The notes beneath the pieces were generated by a model that worked only from the letters and a program-made list of their open reading frames with translations, had not been told where the DNA came from and searched no databases. 64,000 bases of DNA, from positions 16,142 to 80,141 of the forward strand of contig JADHTJ010000004.1 of assembly GCA_016785015.1 (NCBI GenBank), in the 5' to 3' direction. Both the position numbers and the translations under genes were made by a program. Shown here in pieces: positions 36,450-47,163 of this stretch; the first letter of the stretch is position 1, and each line of letters begins with the position of its first letter. Origin of the DNA: Anaerolineales bacterium (lineage in GTDB: Bacteria > Chloroflexota > Anaerolineae > Anaerolineales > UBA11858).

Positions 36450-37202
36450 CTAAAAATCTTCAATCGTAAATCCTAAATCGTCTATTGAAATCTCCCCATT
36501 AACTAATAATCTTTCCGCACGTTTCCAATCATCAGGCGAGTCGATATCTACCCACTCGCTGGGATCAATAATTAGGGGCAAGATATGATCACCTGTCATG
36601 GAATTCTTTTCAATGATGGTATCCACCCAGGCAGCATCCACATAGCCAGTCTGCCAGTAAATTTCTGGCAGCGCTTGACGGGGCTGATTGTAGGGTTCGT
36701 TTGGGATACCCAAATCTAATCCGATTGGCTGCATCAGACCATCTTGCCCAATGCGCCACATCTTGTATGGGTTTTGGAAGGGGATACAAACTGTGCGAAC
36801 GGCGTCAGCTTCTGGGTGCTCAATCAATCGCAGGACTGCCTGATCGATATGCCAAACCCGGCGAAATGGGGACGTCGGCCGCAGTTGAACAACGATGTCG
36901 GGCTTATAGCCCTCGTTAGCATCCAACCATTCCAAAGCGTGCTGGAATACCGGCAAATCTGGTGTCTGATCTCGGGCGTGTTCTTCGGGACGAGTGAAGG
37001 GGGTTTCTGCCCCATAGCGGCGGGAGATTTCGGCGATCTCATCATCATCGGTCGAAACAATCACTCGCGTGACAGTTTCCGCAGTCAGACCAGCCGCGAT
37101 GCTGTAGGCTATCAGGGGGTAACCGGCGAAATCAATTACGTTTTTTCGAGGAATGGATTTTGAGCCACCCCGGGCGGGGATAAGTGCGAGAACTTCAGTC
37201 AT
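36450..37202 (-). CDS. acylneuraminate cytidylyltransferase family protein (CMP-ulosonate synthetase, NeuA-like)
   Basis: 250 aa with the canonical N-terminus VLALIPARGGSKSIPRKNVIDFAGYPLIAYSI. Confidence 0.8.
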   Translation of the reverse strand: MTEVLALIPARGGSKSIPRKNVIDFAGYPLIAYSIAAGLTAETVTRVIVSTDDDEIAEISRRYGAETPFTRPEEHARDQTPDLPVFQHALEWLDANEGYKPDIVVQLRPTSPFRRVWHIDQAVLRLIEHPEADAVRTVCIPFQNPYKMWRIGQDGLMQPIGLDLGIPNEPYNQPRQALPEIYWQTGYVDAAWVDTIIEKNSMTGDHILPLIIDPSEWVDIDSPDDWKRAERLLVNGEISIDDLGFTIEDF

Positions 37203-37220
37203 ATTTCAGTTATCTGTAAA

Positions 37221-37248
37221 CAGTGTTCAGTGTTCAGTGTTCAGTACT
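37221..37248. repeat. heptanucleotide tandem array (CAGTGTT x3 + CAGTACT)
   Basis: cagtgttcagtgttcagtgttcagtact, read directly. It forms the left outer arm of the 37203-37429 intergenic palindrome. Confidence 0.85.
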
Positions 37249-37253
37249 TGTAC

Positions 37254-37367
37254 TGATGTTACGCAGCTCCCTGAGCGGAGAGCCTGGCGCGTTCTTCGAC
37301 TGCGCACATGCTCCGCTCAGAATTCTCCAGGCTCGCAGTCGAAGGGGCGAGGAAGTGCGTAACATCA
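37254..37367. repeat. palindromic intergenic element, family C copy 1 (TGATGTTACGCA / TGCGTAACATCA clamp)
   Basis: A 12-bp terminal clamp encloses three perfect complementary pairs arranged in crossing order: ctgagcggag(37271-80)/ctccgctcag(37311-20), gagcctgg(37280-87)/ccaggctc(37327-34), and cttcgactgcg(37294-304)/cgcagtcgaag(37334-44). Confidence 0.8.
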
Positions 37368-37400
37368 ATTAGTAAGTCAGTAAAGAGCTAGTTTACTGAC
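37367..37400 (-). terminator. candidate hairpin/terminator just downstream of the SDR gene
   Basis: The minus strand reads gtcagtaaa ctagctc tttactgac followed by ttactaatt. The stem is 9 bp, AT-rich, and the tail is only moderately U-rich. Confidence 0.3.
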
Positions 37401-37428
37401 AACTGTTCACTGATTACTGAATACTGGC
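37401..37428. repeat. degenerate heptanucleotide array (AACTGTT CACTGAT TACTGAA TACTGGC), inverted partner of 37221..37248
   Basis: Its reverse complement, gccagta ttcagta atcagtg aacagtt, has the same nnCAGTn period-7 pattern and pairs imperfectly (about 70% by eye) with the left array. Confidence 0.7.
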
Positions 37429-37429
37429 A

Positions 37430-38251
37430 CTACCAAGTCGTCCATCCACCATCGACGATGAGATTGGCGCCGGTCATGTATTTGGAAGCCTCAGATGCTA
37501 AAAACAACACTGCCCCATTCATCTCGTCTTTTTCAGCCATGCGCCCGATCACTGCGCGTGCCGAGTAAGCTTCGACAAATTCATCATTATGGTCATTAAA
37601 AACCCCACCAGGAGTCAATGCGTTAACGCGGATGCCCTTACCAGCATAGTAGGCCGAGAGATATTTAGTCATTCCCAACACTCCGGCTTTGGTGACCGTA
37701 TAATAAACTGGCTTGAATTGTGGGGGTTCTCCCTTACGCTGGTACATGCGTTGATCTGGCGCGGTTACTCCATAAATCGAAGAGACATTGATAATTACGC
37801 CACTCTCTTGATCCAACATGGGTTTGACAGCAACCTGACTACAAAGGAAAATTCCGGTCAGATTTACGTCAAGAGCCTGCTGCCACAATTCAAGCGGATA
37901 ATCTTCAAATGCACCCGAATGGGATTTCTTTGATTGGGGATCGAACTTGGGATCTAATGCCGCGCTGTTGACCAGGATGTCAAGTCGGTTGAAGTTCTTC
38001 AGGGACGAATCCACCATTGCTTGGGCAGAATCAGCATTGGTCACGTCTGTCTCAATCCCCAGGGCATGGAATCCGCTTTGGGACAGAGAAGCCGCTAAAT
38101 CCATGGCGGCCTCCCCATTCAAATCTGCTATGACCACGACAGCACCTGCTTGAGCCAGGGTCCAACAAAATTCTGCCCCCAACAACCCTGCTCCGCCTGT
38201 TACAACTGCTACACGACCTGTTAAATCAAATAGATCTGGGAGTTCGGGCAT
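37430..38251 (-). CDS. short-chain dehydrogenase/reductase (SDR) family oxidoreductase
   Basis: 273 aa with VAVVTGGAGLLGAEF, NSAA, and S...YTVTKAG (YxxxK). Confidence 0.8.
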   Translation of the reverse strand: MPELPDLFDLTGRVAVVTGGAGLLGAEFCWTLAQAGAVVVIADLNGEAAMDLAASLSQSGFHALGIETDVTNADSAQAMVDSSLKNFNRLDILVNSAALDPKFDPQSKKSHSGAFEDYPLELWQQALDVNLTGIFLCSQVAVKPMLDQESGVIINVSSIYGVTAPDQRMYQRKGEPPQFKPVYYTVTKAGVLGMTKYLSAYYAGKGIRVNALTPGGVFNDHNDEFVEAYSARAVIGRMAEKDEMNGAVLFLASEASKYMTGANLIVDGGWTTW

Positions 38252-38261
38252 TCTCTAATTC

Positions 38262-39986
<1,725 letters not shown>

Positions 39987-40005
39987 TTATATTTTCCTTA
40001 CTTAT

Positions 40006-40102
40006 TGATGTTACGCAACCTAAAGAAAAATATCCCTAAAAATAGGGGGGCGAAGTCCCCCCCCTATTTTTAGGACTTTCCCGCTACGTGTGCGTAACAT
40101 GA
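40006..40102. repeat. palindromic intergenic element, family C-like copy 2 (same terminal clamp, different interior)
   Basis: Termini are tgatgttacgca(40006-17) ... tgcgtaacat(40091-100). The interior is a 16-bp hairpin, cctaaaaatagggggg cgaagt(cc)cccccctatttttagg. Confidence 0.7.
40021..40074 (-). terminator. candidate intrinsic terminator downstream of the GerMN lipoprotein gene (embedded in repeat C2)
   Basis: On the minus strand the 16-bp hairpin (40035-40074) is followed by atatttttcttt. A weaker hairpin plus T-run lies at 40127-40153 (cgccg gctttgtggt cggcg ttttcgtt). Confidence 0.45.
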
Positions 40103-40220
40103 GTTACTTAGTCTCAAATTGTTACAACGAAAACGCCGACCACAAAGCCGGCGGCCCAAAATCATATCATGCTTTGAGAAAAATTGCTTGTGAAATTTCC
40201 TTCAAAATAGGCGGCTTTTG

Positions 40221-41150
40221 TCACCAACCAGTTACCAATAGATCACCAAGTAAGGCATTATGTACTCGAATCACGGCATGTTGTACATCTGGGAACTGGA
40301 TTTCAATCGTCTCCCACACTTGGGCGCGCATACGCAAACTATCGCATTTATCCTTGGGTTTGGCAAAATCACCTCGCAACCAAACTGTAGTCTCACCTTC
40401 TGCAGGTCCAGGCTCTACATCTTCAACACGCAGCGATGATGCATGCATAGGGTTATACAGACCATTGTAATACTGGTAGTTGTTAGAAAATAATGCATTC
40501 AATGCATTGGTGATATCCACTTCTAATACACCAGTTCGCTCAATGCCTGGAGCAATATACAGGAGACTATCCCCGCATCCGAAAGGGCCACCCGTATTTT
40601 CGGCAACCATGAAATAATAGATCCCGTCTCCACCTATATTGGAAGCTGGTTCTCCGGTTGGCGTTGGTGGTGGGGTTAGTACAGGTACACCGGTCACATT
40701 GCCACCGACAGTTACAACATTGTCCGAAATCCAGCAGGTCTTGTCACCTTCCGCTATATAGATTAACCACCACAGTAAATCGCCTTCCACAACACCTTCA
40801 ATTGCTGGAGCATCTCCAATCGATAAATAACCAATAATCGGGTAATTGGTTCCTGGGCCGGTTCGGCAAACTGCATTCTGATCCACTAGCATGGCTGGCG
40901 GGATTGGCGTTGGCGTTTGAGTTGGCGTGCTAGTCGATGTCTTTGTAGGTGGGATTTGGGTTGCCGTTTGTGTCTCGGTTGGTGGGATGAGCGTATCTGT
41001 CACCGTTAGAGTCCAAGTCGCTGTGGGGGCTTTTATTGTCGCTGATGGCGGCACTGGGCTAGAGGTAGGCTCTGAATTGACTGGAAAAACACAACTTGCT
41101 AAAGCAATTGATAGCGCAATAAAGGGCAGTAATTTTCTAATACTTTTCAT
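40221..41150 (-). CDS. lipoprotein with Thr/Pro-rich linker, SH3b-like domain and GerMN-like C-terminal domain
   Basis: I set the start at ATG 41150 (MKSIRKLLPFIALSIALASCVF, a signal peptide with an LASC lipobox). A PT-rich stretch follows (IPPTETQTATQIPPTKTSTSTPTQTPTPIPP). Then comes the SH3b-like NAVCRTGPGTNYPIIGYLSIGD. The C-terminus (YYFMVAENTGGPFGCGDSLL...VWLRGDF) resembles GerMN. Confidence 0.6.
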   Translation of the reverse strand: MKSIRKLLPFIALSIALASCVFPVNSEPTSSPVPPSATIKAPTATWTLTVTDTLIPPTETQTATQIPPTKTSTSTPTQTPTPIPPAMLVDQNAVCRTGPGTNYPIIGYLSIGDAPAIEGVVEGDLLWWLIYIAEGDKTCWISDNVVTVGGNVTGVPVLTPPPTPTGEPASNIGGDGIYYFMVAENTGGPFGCGDSLLYIAPGIERTGVLEVDITNALNALFSNNYQYYNGLYNPMHASSLRVEDVEPGPAEGETTVWLRGDFAKPKDKCDSLRMRAQVWETIEIQFPDVQHAVIRVHNALLGDLLVTGW

Positions 41151-41212
41151 GGGCTTACTTCTTATTTGTAAATCTACTGGATGGTATATAATTTGGCACA
41201 TTCGAATAGAAA

Positions 41213-42820
41213 ATGGGTATAGCCTTTATGAACTCTCTCAAGAAAAACTGGCTCATTGTTTCGTTATTAATTGTTTATTTCATTTACGCAGGCCTATATA
41301 TCTATCAGACCAGCTTCATTTCTGATGGCACTCGATATTTCGTTCTTTTTGACGATGCCATGATTTCAATGCGTTACGCCAAGAATTTCGCAGATGGTTA
41401 TGGGTTGGTTTGGAACCCTGGCGAAACGCCCGTCGAGGGGTATACAAATCCCTTATGGGTGATGTTCATGGCGTTCTTTCATTTGTTCCCACTTCCCACA
41501 GAAAAAATCAGCCTGGCAATTCAAATAAGTGGGGCAATCTTTTTAGGTGCAAATCTGATATTGGTCAAGAAGATCACCAATTTGATTTCTTCGAGTTTTC
41601 TATTGCCCCTCTTCGCAATACTGCTAACTGCCTTTTATACACCCCTGAACAACTGGGGCTTACAAGGCATGGAAGTCAGCATTTTGGTACTCCTGCTCAG
41701 TGTTGCCGTCTGGAAATTGCTGGTAGATTTCAACGACGACAAGTTTTCCCCATGGCCCTATCTTCTACTTGGTTTTGGAACGTTTGTCAGAGTTGATATG
41801 GCTGTGGCCTATCTTGTGCTGATAGGTTTTAGCGTTGTCTTTATTCCTAAATATCGCTGGCGGCATTTGCTGTGGGGTGTTGGATTGCTTGTTGCATTTC
41901 TTGCCAGCCAAACTCTTTTCCGGATTTGGTATTATGGCGATCCTTTGCCAAATACCTATTATCTAAAAATGAGCGGAATACCTCTCCTCACCCGTGTCAA
42001 ACGTGGTTTATATGTGCTCTACCAATTCGTATGGGAAATGAACTGGGTCTTACTCGCTCTCCCCTTCGCCTATTTAGTATTCAAACGAGACCGCAAAACG
42101 ATCCTGCTTGCATTGTTGGTACTTGGTCAACTTGCCTACAGCGTTTACGTTGGTGGAGATGCCTGGGAACATAAAGGTGGTGCCAACCGTTATATTGCTT
42201 TAGCAATGCCGATGTTCTTCATTCTATTCGTTTATTCAATCGACCAGATACTTCAAGCAATAAAATCCTCGAGCGCAATTCCAAACACCCCAATTTCAAC
42301 ACAAACCATGGTAAATATGGCGCTCGTAACAGCAATACTCGCAAGCCTCATAAATTTCAACTTCATCCAAAAAGATATTCGATACTTAGAACGCTGGTTG
42401 CTGCTCAGGCCGCCAATCTTCATCGAGGGCAATAAAGAAGCGGTACGTATCGCATCAGCGGTTCGAAAAGTCACCACTTCAGATGCTGAAATTGGCGTCG
42501 TCACTGCTGGGGCAATTCCATATTTCGCTGACCGCCTTTCTCTCGATCTACTGGGGAAAAATGACGCATATATTGCCCATTTACCCAGTCACATCGCTTC
42601 GTCATTGGATGACATCCGTCCTGGACATATGAAATGGGATTACGACTATTCGATTGGCCAACTCAAGCCGGATATGATCCTGCAATTGTGGGGCGATAAA
42701 ACAATCGCCTATGACTATATTGAACAGTACTACACTGTGATCGAGGTTGATGGGATGTTATTCTCTGCCCGGAGTGATTCTCCATATATTTTGTGGGATC
42801 GCGTCGATTCAACCCCTTAG
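41213..42820 (+). CDS. polytopic membrane protein, GT-C-like glycosyltransferase candidate; only plus-strand gene in the cluster
   Basis: 535 aa. First loop: [38 protein letters not shown], an Asp-rich first extracytoplasmic loop as in GT-C enzymes. It has more than 10 TM segments and a soluble C-terminal ~130 aa. The start could be ATG 41228. Confidence 0.45.
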   Translation: MGIAFMNSLKKNWLIVSLLIVYFIYAGLYIYQTSFISDGTRYFVLFDDAMISMRYAKNFADGYGLVWNPGETPVEGYTNPLWVMFMAFFHLFPLPTEKISLAIQISGAIFLGANLILVKKITNLISSSFLLPLFAILLTAFYTPLNNWGLQGMEVSILVLLLSVAVWKLLVDFNDDKFSPWPYLLLGFGTFVRVDMAVAYLVLIGFSVVFIPKYRWRHLLWGVGLLVAFLASQTLFRIWYYGDPLPNTYYLKMSGIPLLTRVKRGLYVLYQFVWEMNWVLLALPFAYLVFKRDRKTILLALLVLGQLAYSVYVGGDAWEHKGGANRYIALAMPMFFILFVYSIDQILQAIKSSSAIPNTPISTQTMVNMALVTAILASLINFNFIQKDIRYLERWLLLRPPIFIEGNKEAVRIASAVRKVTTSDAEIGVVTAGAIPYFADRLSLDLLGKNDAYIAHLPSHIASSLDDIRPGHMKWDYDYSIGQLKPDMILQLWGDKTIAYDYIEQYYTVIEVDGMLFSARSDSPYILWDRVDSTP

Positions 42821-43821
42821 TAGGTCACTGCATCCCAGGCAACTACTCTTCCTGAAGATGCCGAATCGTGGGCAGCCATCGCCAACTTTTGCGCCCAAAT
42901 CCCATCATCTAATGTACAGACCGGCTCTTCCTCGCCGTGCATCACTGCCAGTAAATGCGCCATCTGATCCTCGAACATGGTATTGCGCTCAAATCCTTCT
43001 GGCGATGAGTACACTTCCCACTCATCAGCAGACGCCCTGTAAACTCGCAGGTCGTTTTCTTTAATATCAACACAAATGCTCCCCTGGGTGCCAACAATTA
43101 TAATATCATGTGTGTACGGGCGTTGGATAAAACTCAGATGCACAGACCCTAAGGCGCCATTGGCGAAACGCAATCCAATTTCGGCGACTGATTCGACATC
43201 AATTTCCAATTCCTTGACTGGATTAGAAAAGGCCCACAAAGCTTCCACATCACCCATCAGCCAACGCAAATAATCCAAAGGATGAGTAGTTAGAGTTAAG
43301 ATAACTCCGCCGCCCAAATCCGTACGAGCGCTAAATCCTTTGCGGTAATCTTCCCACGGATGCCAGCCGGGCAAATATTCTCCCCAATGCACGCGCGCGG
43401 ATACCGGGCGTCCTATGGCTTCATCCGCAATCAGAGCTGCGGTTTTTCTCAAAAGGGGATGATAGCGAAACTGGAACCCAACCAACACCTGCCCGCCGCC
43501 CTTAGAAACCGCAGCATTCAATTCATCGACTCGCTCCATCGAGTGAGAGATCGGCTTCTCAAGCAAAAGATGGCAGCCTGCCTCTGCTGCCGGGATCGCC
43601 ACATCCAAATGCACTGATGTTGGATTTGAAACAATCACAGCATCTGGCTCATACGCTAAGGCAGATGCTAAATCAGTTTCGACAGGCCTATCAGCAATTT
43701 CTTCATCGGGCAAGGTGCCACGCTTACTACGCAAGAATACGAAATCGCGTTCCCCTAAGGCATAAAGATTACGAAAATGGCGGCGTCCAATGGATCCAAA
43801 TCCGGCAATGAGAAATTTCAT
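42817..43821 (-). CDS. Gfo/Idh/MocA family NAD(P)-dependent oxidoreductase
   Basis: 334 aa with the N-terminal Rossmann [19 protein letters not shown], then LLEKPISHS and a C-terminal alpha/beta domain typical of the family. Confidence 0.8.
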   Translation of the reverse strand: MKFLIAGFGSIGRRHFRNLYALGERDFVFLRSKRGTLPDEEIADRPVETDLASALAYEPDAVIVSNPTSVHLDVAIPAAEAGCHLLLEKPISHSMERVDELNAAVSKGGGQVLVGFQFRYHPLLRKTAALIADEAIGRPVSARVHWGEYLPGWHPWEDYRKGFSARTDLGGGVILTLTTHPLDYLRWLMGDVEALWAFSNPVKELEIDVESVAEIGLRFANGALGSVHLSFIQRPYTHDIIIVGTQGSICVDIKENDLRVYRASADEWEVYSSPEGFERNTMFEDQMAHLLAVMHGEEEPVCTLDDGIWAQKLAMAAHDSASSGRVVAWDAVTY

Positions 43822-43824
43822 AGG

Positions 43825-44868
43825 CTACCAATCCAAATCTTTTTCATAACCCCAATCCTGAAGTGTTCTTCCCGCAATCTCTTTGAAAATCTGTTTATCG
43901 CGCTTCGTAAATAGATCACGCCAAGAGCCAGATTTACCTTTCTTCAATGGCTCGACTAACTCGCCAGCTTTCTGACGCTGCCATTGAGCATCGGGGTTGC
44001 TGCCCAACTCTTTCTCTAATATTTCTGGCAAATCAGCTTTTTTTGTTTCAACACCCAAAAATTTCCAGAGGCGTTTCATTTGCTCCCAAGAATTCTTCAG
44101 CAAATCTTCATAACGAACAGATATATATTGTTGATCTCCAAATAATTCTTGACCCATCCGGTTGGTTTCAGTCACATTGCGAACCCAACTTTCTGCAGAA
44201 CGGCGAATCCCCGACTGGGTATATATTGATCGCTCACCATTCATAAATGGTTCAGGGTTCTTTTCGAAATCTTTGCGAATAGCCCAATCTTGCTTGGTGA
44301 GATGCTGCTGCGCATCAATAAACTGCTGGAAGCGGTGTGAAATTACTGCATCACGTCCATCTCGCACAATAAAGATCAATTTGCCCTCAGGGTAAATTTT
44401 CACCATCCTACGTACAGCTTCACCATTGAGTAAACCATTAGGGCTTTTATCCCCCACAACCGTAGCTCCCACCTGCCGGGCTTCGCGTTCCATGACAAAC
44501 TCAACCGCAGCGCGCATCACTACAGGAGAAAGGTCGCCACCGCGATTCCAGCGGTTGCTGCGTCGTGTCAACCAGGATTCAATTGCTTTGCTGTCAACCA
44601 GCCCATCCATTGTAGGTTTGCGAGTGAAAAAATGTCCTTGATAATTACAATGAGCAGCGGGATGGAGACGAATCAAGCGGGTAAGCAGGGTTGTGCCCGA
44701 ACGGGCATGGCCGAAAATAAAAAACTTGTCCAGAGGAAAAAAAACTTTAAATTCAGCTACATCATCAGGTGTGAGGGCAGGGATCTCGCCTCTCGGCTCA
44801 GTTCTTATTTCCCCGGTAAAAAACACTCGGGCTGCTAATTGGATGCGCTTGGAAATTTTGGTAATCAT
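43825..44868 (-). CDS. sulfotransferase (PAPS-dependent)
   Basis: I set the start at ATG 44868 (MITKISKR...), 4 nt after the upstream stop. The track start at 45084 would overlap the upstream gene by 212 nt. The 5'-PSB motif is FIFGHARSGTTLLTRLI and the 3'-PB motif is FIVRDGRDAVISHRF. Confidence 0.8.
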   Translation of the reverse strand: MITKISKRIQLAARVFFTGEIRTEPRGEIPALTPDDVAEFKVFFPLDKFFIFGHARSGTTLLTRLIRLHPAAHCNYQGHFFTRKPTMDGLVDSKAIESWLTRRSNRWNRGGDLSPVVMRAAVEFVMEREARQVGATVVGDKSPNGLLNGEAVRRMVKIYPEGKLIFIVRDGRDAVISHRFQQFIDAQQHLTKQDWAIRKDFEKNPEPFMNGERSIYTQSGIRRSAESWVRNVTETNRMGQELFGDQQYISVRYEDLLKNSWEQMKRLWKFLGVETKKADLPEILEKELGSNPDAQWQRQKAGELVEPLKKGKSGSWRDLFTKRDKQIFKEIAGRTLQDWGYEKDLDW

Positions 44869-44872
44869 ATTT

Positions 44873-46303
44873 TCAATTGAGTAGCGCCAGCAAATATTCC
44901 GCAGTGCGAACCCCAGCTTTGCCATCCGTGAACGTACATTCGCGAGTGATGAAATCTTTCCTGGCATGCTGATCGGCAGCAGAGTCATCCAAATAACGGT
45001 TGATCGCAGCCTGCAACTCAATTTCGTTTTGGGCCTCGCGTCCTGCGTTCGATTCTCTGTACCGCTCGTGGGTAGGCCAGCCACCGATCTTTGTCAGTGG
45101 CAAGGTGAATTTTCCTGGCCAACCTTCAGGAGCATCAATGCATAAACTAATCACCGGCGTTCCATGGAGCGAAGCTTCTACCACCATCGTCGAATAAACC
45201 GTTACCATCACATCAGAATAAGCCATCATTGATGATTTCTCGGGCATATCTTCACCGGAGTAATAACTCATCCCACCTTCTCCCAATGGCACAGGCTCAA
45301 CTACATGAACATGGGGCAATTCCGCAGCAAGCTCTCTAACCCTCTCGCGCTCGGCAGCAAAACGAGGTGTTTCCATGAAATGTGTGGGGTGCAAACGGAT
45401 CAGCAGTTGCGAGGGCAGCGATAACTTTTCTTCAGATACCAATCTCGCTAATGCTTCTACATTCTGGATATTCGGTGAAAAAGTAATAAAGCTGCTGGCG
45501 TAGGAGATCAGTTTTCGATTCGGATCCAGGTTGTGTAGCCTGAAATATTCATCTCGTGCCATCAGCCATTCGCCGCGCACATAGCCATCGTAAGAAGGGA
45601 TGCCCCCAATATTCACGCGTTCGGGAGGCCAGTCCGCACCGAGAACAAGTTCCTCTTTTTGTAGTTCCGACCAACACGATATCCAGTCCACGGGAGCGCC
45701 TGGTAAACTGTAACTGCTGGAGTTATCCCATCCGACGATCACAGCCGCTGTTTCCAAACCGCGTGCAGCAGCTTCTCGGAGCAAGTAACGATCGTAGCGC
45801 CATCCCGGTGTGCTGGCAATCACCAAGTCCGGAGAATATTTCTCAAACAAATCCGCGTAAAGATTGGGATTGAAACGGTTCTGATATCGGACTAACCACC
45901 GACGTATTAGCCAGGAATTTCGCAAGATCTTGATCACCATTCTCATCAAAGGGAACAATGCCTTGCGCTTGGCGTGGGCATCATCTTCGACTTGACCAAT
46001 AAAGCCATCCACAGCTTCCAGGTTGATGCGGTTTGAGGCCCCAGCGCGCCGCAAGAAATGCAGCCACCATTGTAAAGACGGTCTCTCAGTACGTTCATAA
46101 GCCTTGGCTTGTTCCAGACGCAGGCCTTCGACTACCAATCCTTGGCGCCCAAAACGCTGCTGTATCTGATCGATAAGTGCATCATCCGTAAGCAAAACAA
46201 CCTCGACACCAGCTTCAATGAGTGTTGCAATAACATCGCTCTGAAGAAAATAAATTGCTGCTAACCCATGGTCTGCGCAAACAAATATACGCTTTGATGA
46301 CAT
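44873..46303 (-). CDS. GT-B-like glycosyl/glycerophospho-transferase candidate (Capsule_synth/TagF-like layout), function uncertain
   Basis: 476 aa with PDLVIASTPGWRYDRYLLREAAARGLETAAVIVGWDNSSS, then LLIRLHPTHF (RxHP), then ~70 aa later DVMVTVYSTMVVEASLHGTPVISL. No family assigned with confidence. Confidence 0.35.
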   Translation of the reverse strand: MSSKRIFVCADHGLAAIYFLQSDVIATLIEAGVEVVLLTDDALIDQIQQRFGRQGLVVEGLRLEQAKAYERTERPSLQWWLHFLRRAGASNRINLEAVDGFIGQVEDDAHAKRKALFPLMRMVIKILRNSWLIRRWLVRYQNRFNPNLYADLFEKYSPDLVIASTPGWRYDRYLLREAAARGLETAAVIVGWDNSSSYSLPGAPVDWISCWSELQKEELVLGADWPPERVNIGGIPSYDGYVRGEWLMARDEYFRLHNLDPNRKLISYASSFITFSPNIQNVEALARLVSEEKLSLPSQLLIRLHPTHFMETPRFAAERERVRELAAELPHVHVVEPVPLGEGGMSYYSGEDMPEKSSMMAYSDVMVTVYSTMVVEASLHGTPVISLCIDAPEGWPGKFTLPLTKIGGWPTHERYRESNAGREAQNEIELQAAINRYLDDSAADQHARKDFITRECTFTDGKAGVRTAEYLLALLN

Positions 46304-46306
46304 AAA

Positions 46307-47155
46307 TTATTTCTTTGTATAAACTACCTGATAACCCGTTGGAGCTAAACTAAAAGCTTCGTACGGGGATTTGATATGACCAGCGCCTATTACAGGCTCC
46401 ATCAGAAAAGCTAAAAAGCGAACTCCTGCCAACAATATGCGTCCGACATACTGACGCCAACCGCGCATCTTGCGCAAAATGGGCCATTGGATATTCCTGA
46501 TGCCTTCCCCCAAAAAAAACATGGGATCGTAAAAACCTTCAAGTCTTTCAATTTCCAGCCCGTTATCCTTTCCTAATTGTTCTAAGGCAAAATGAGTGTA
46601 ACGGAAATAATCTAAAGGAATTTGATGCATCTTGACCATGAATGGGATGGCTAACAAAAGCTTTCCGCCGGGCTTGAGAATCTCTGCGACGGATTTGAAT
46701 AAGCCTTGTGAATCAAATACATGCTCTAATACGTTTAGCACCAATGCTGCATCGAAACTCTCCGGTCTAAAAGGATTGGTTTTTGTCAGATCACAGACAA
46801 TATCGATCTCGGGGTAAGGATAAACATCCAATGCAACGAAGTTTTTCCCTTTCAGGGCTTCCAAAAAGTCTCCTCTCCCCGCGCCTACATCGAGAATCAA
46901 ACATTCCGGGTCTTGAGCTTTCAGCCAATCGGCCAAAAATTCCCAATTAGCCTGCCGCCATGGCGTGCCAATATCTGGGCCGCGAATTTCTTTTTCAGAT
47001 GGCTGGATGCCTTCAGGGATTTCGGTGAACATGGGGATGCTATCGCGTTGTGGAACTATATTTTCACACTTCTCACACTGAAGAGCATTCTCACCACTCA
47101 TTTGGAAGCCCCCACCACAAATTTCGCACTTCAATATTTCGAGTAGTTTTTTCAT
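46307..47155 (-). CDS. class I SAM-dependent methyltransferase with N-terminal zinc-ribbon
   Basis: I set the start at ATG 47155 (MKKLLEILKCEICGGGFQMSGENALQCEKCENIVPQ, a CxxC...CxxC ribbon). Motif I is LILDVGAGRGDF, and the post-I region is VLNVLEHV. Confidence 0.8.
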   Translation of the reverse strand: MKKLLEILKCEICGGGFQMSGENALQCEKCENIVPQRDSIPMFTEIPEGIQPSEKEIRGPDIGTPWRQANWEFLADWLKAQDPECLILDVGAGRGDFLEALKGKNFVALDVYPYPEIDIVCDLTKTNPFRPESFDAALVLNVLEHVFDSQGLFKSVAEILKPGGKLLLAIPFMVKMHQIPLDYFRYTHFALEQLGKDNGLEIERLEGFYDPMFFLGEGIRNIQWPILRKMRGWRQYVGRILLAGVRFLAFLMEPVIGAGHIKSPYEAFSLAPTGYQVVYTKK

Positions 47156-47163
47156 ATTTGTTA

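Noticed and set aside
41166-41192. Sigma-70-like promoter (TTGTAA ... TATAAT) for the plus-strand membrane gene
   Set aside because: The hexamers are visible but the spacer is only 15 nt, and the -10 element lies about 20 nt from the ATG. Promoter consensus for this unknown lineage is not established. This is too weak to annotate as a feature.
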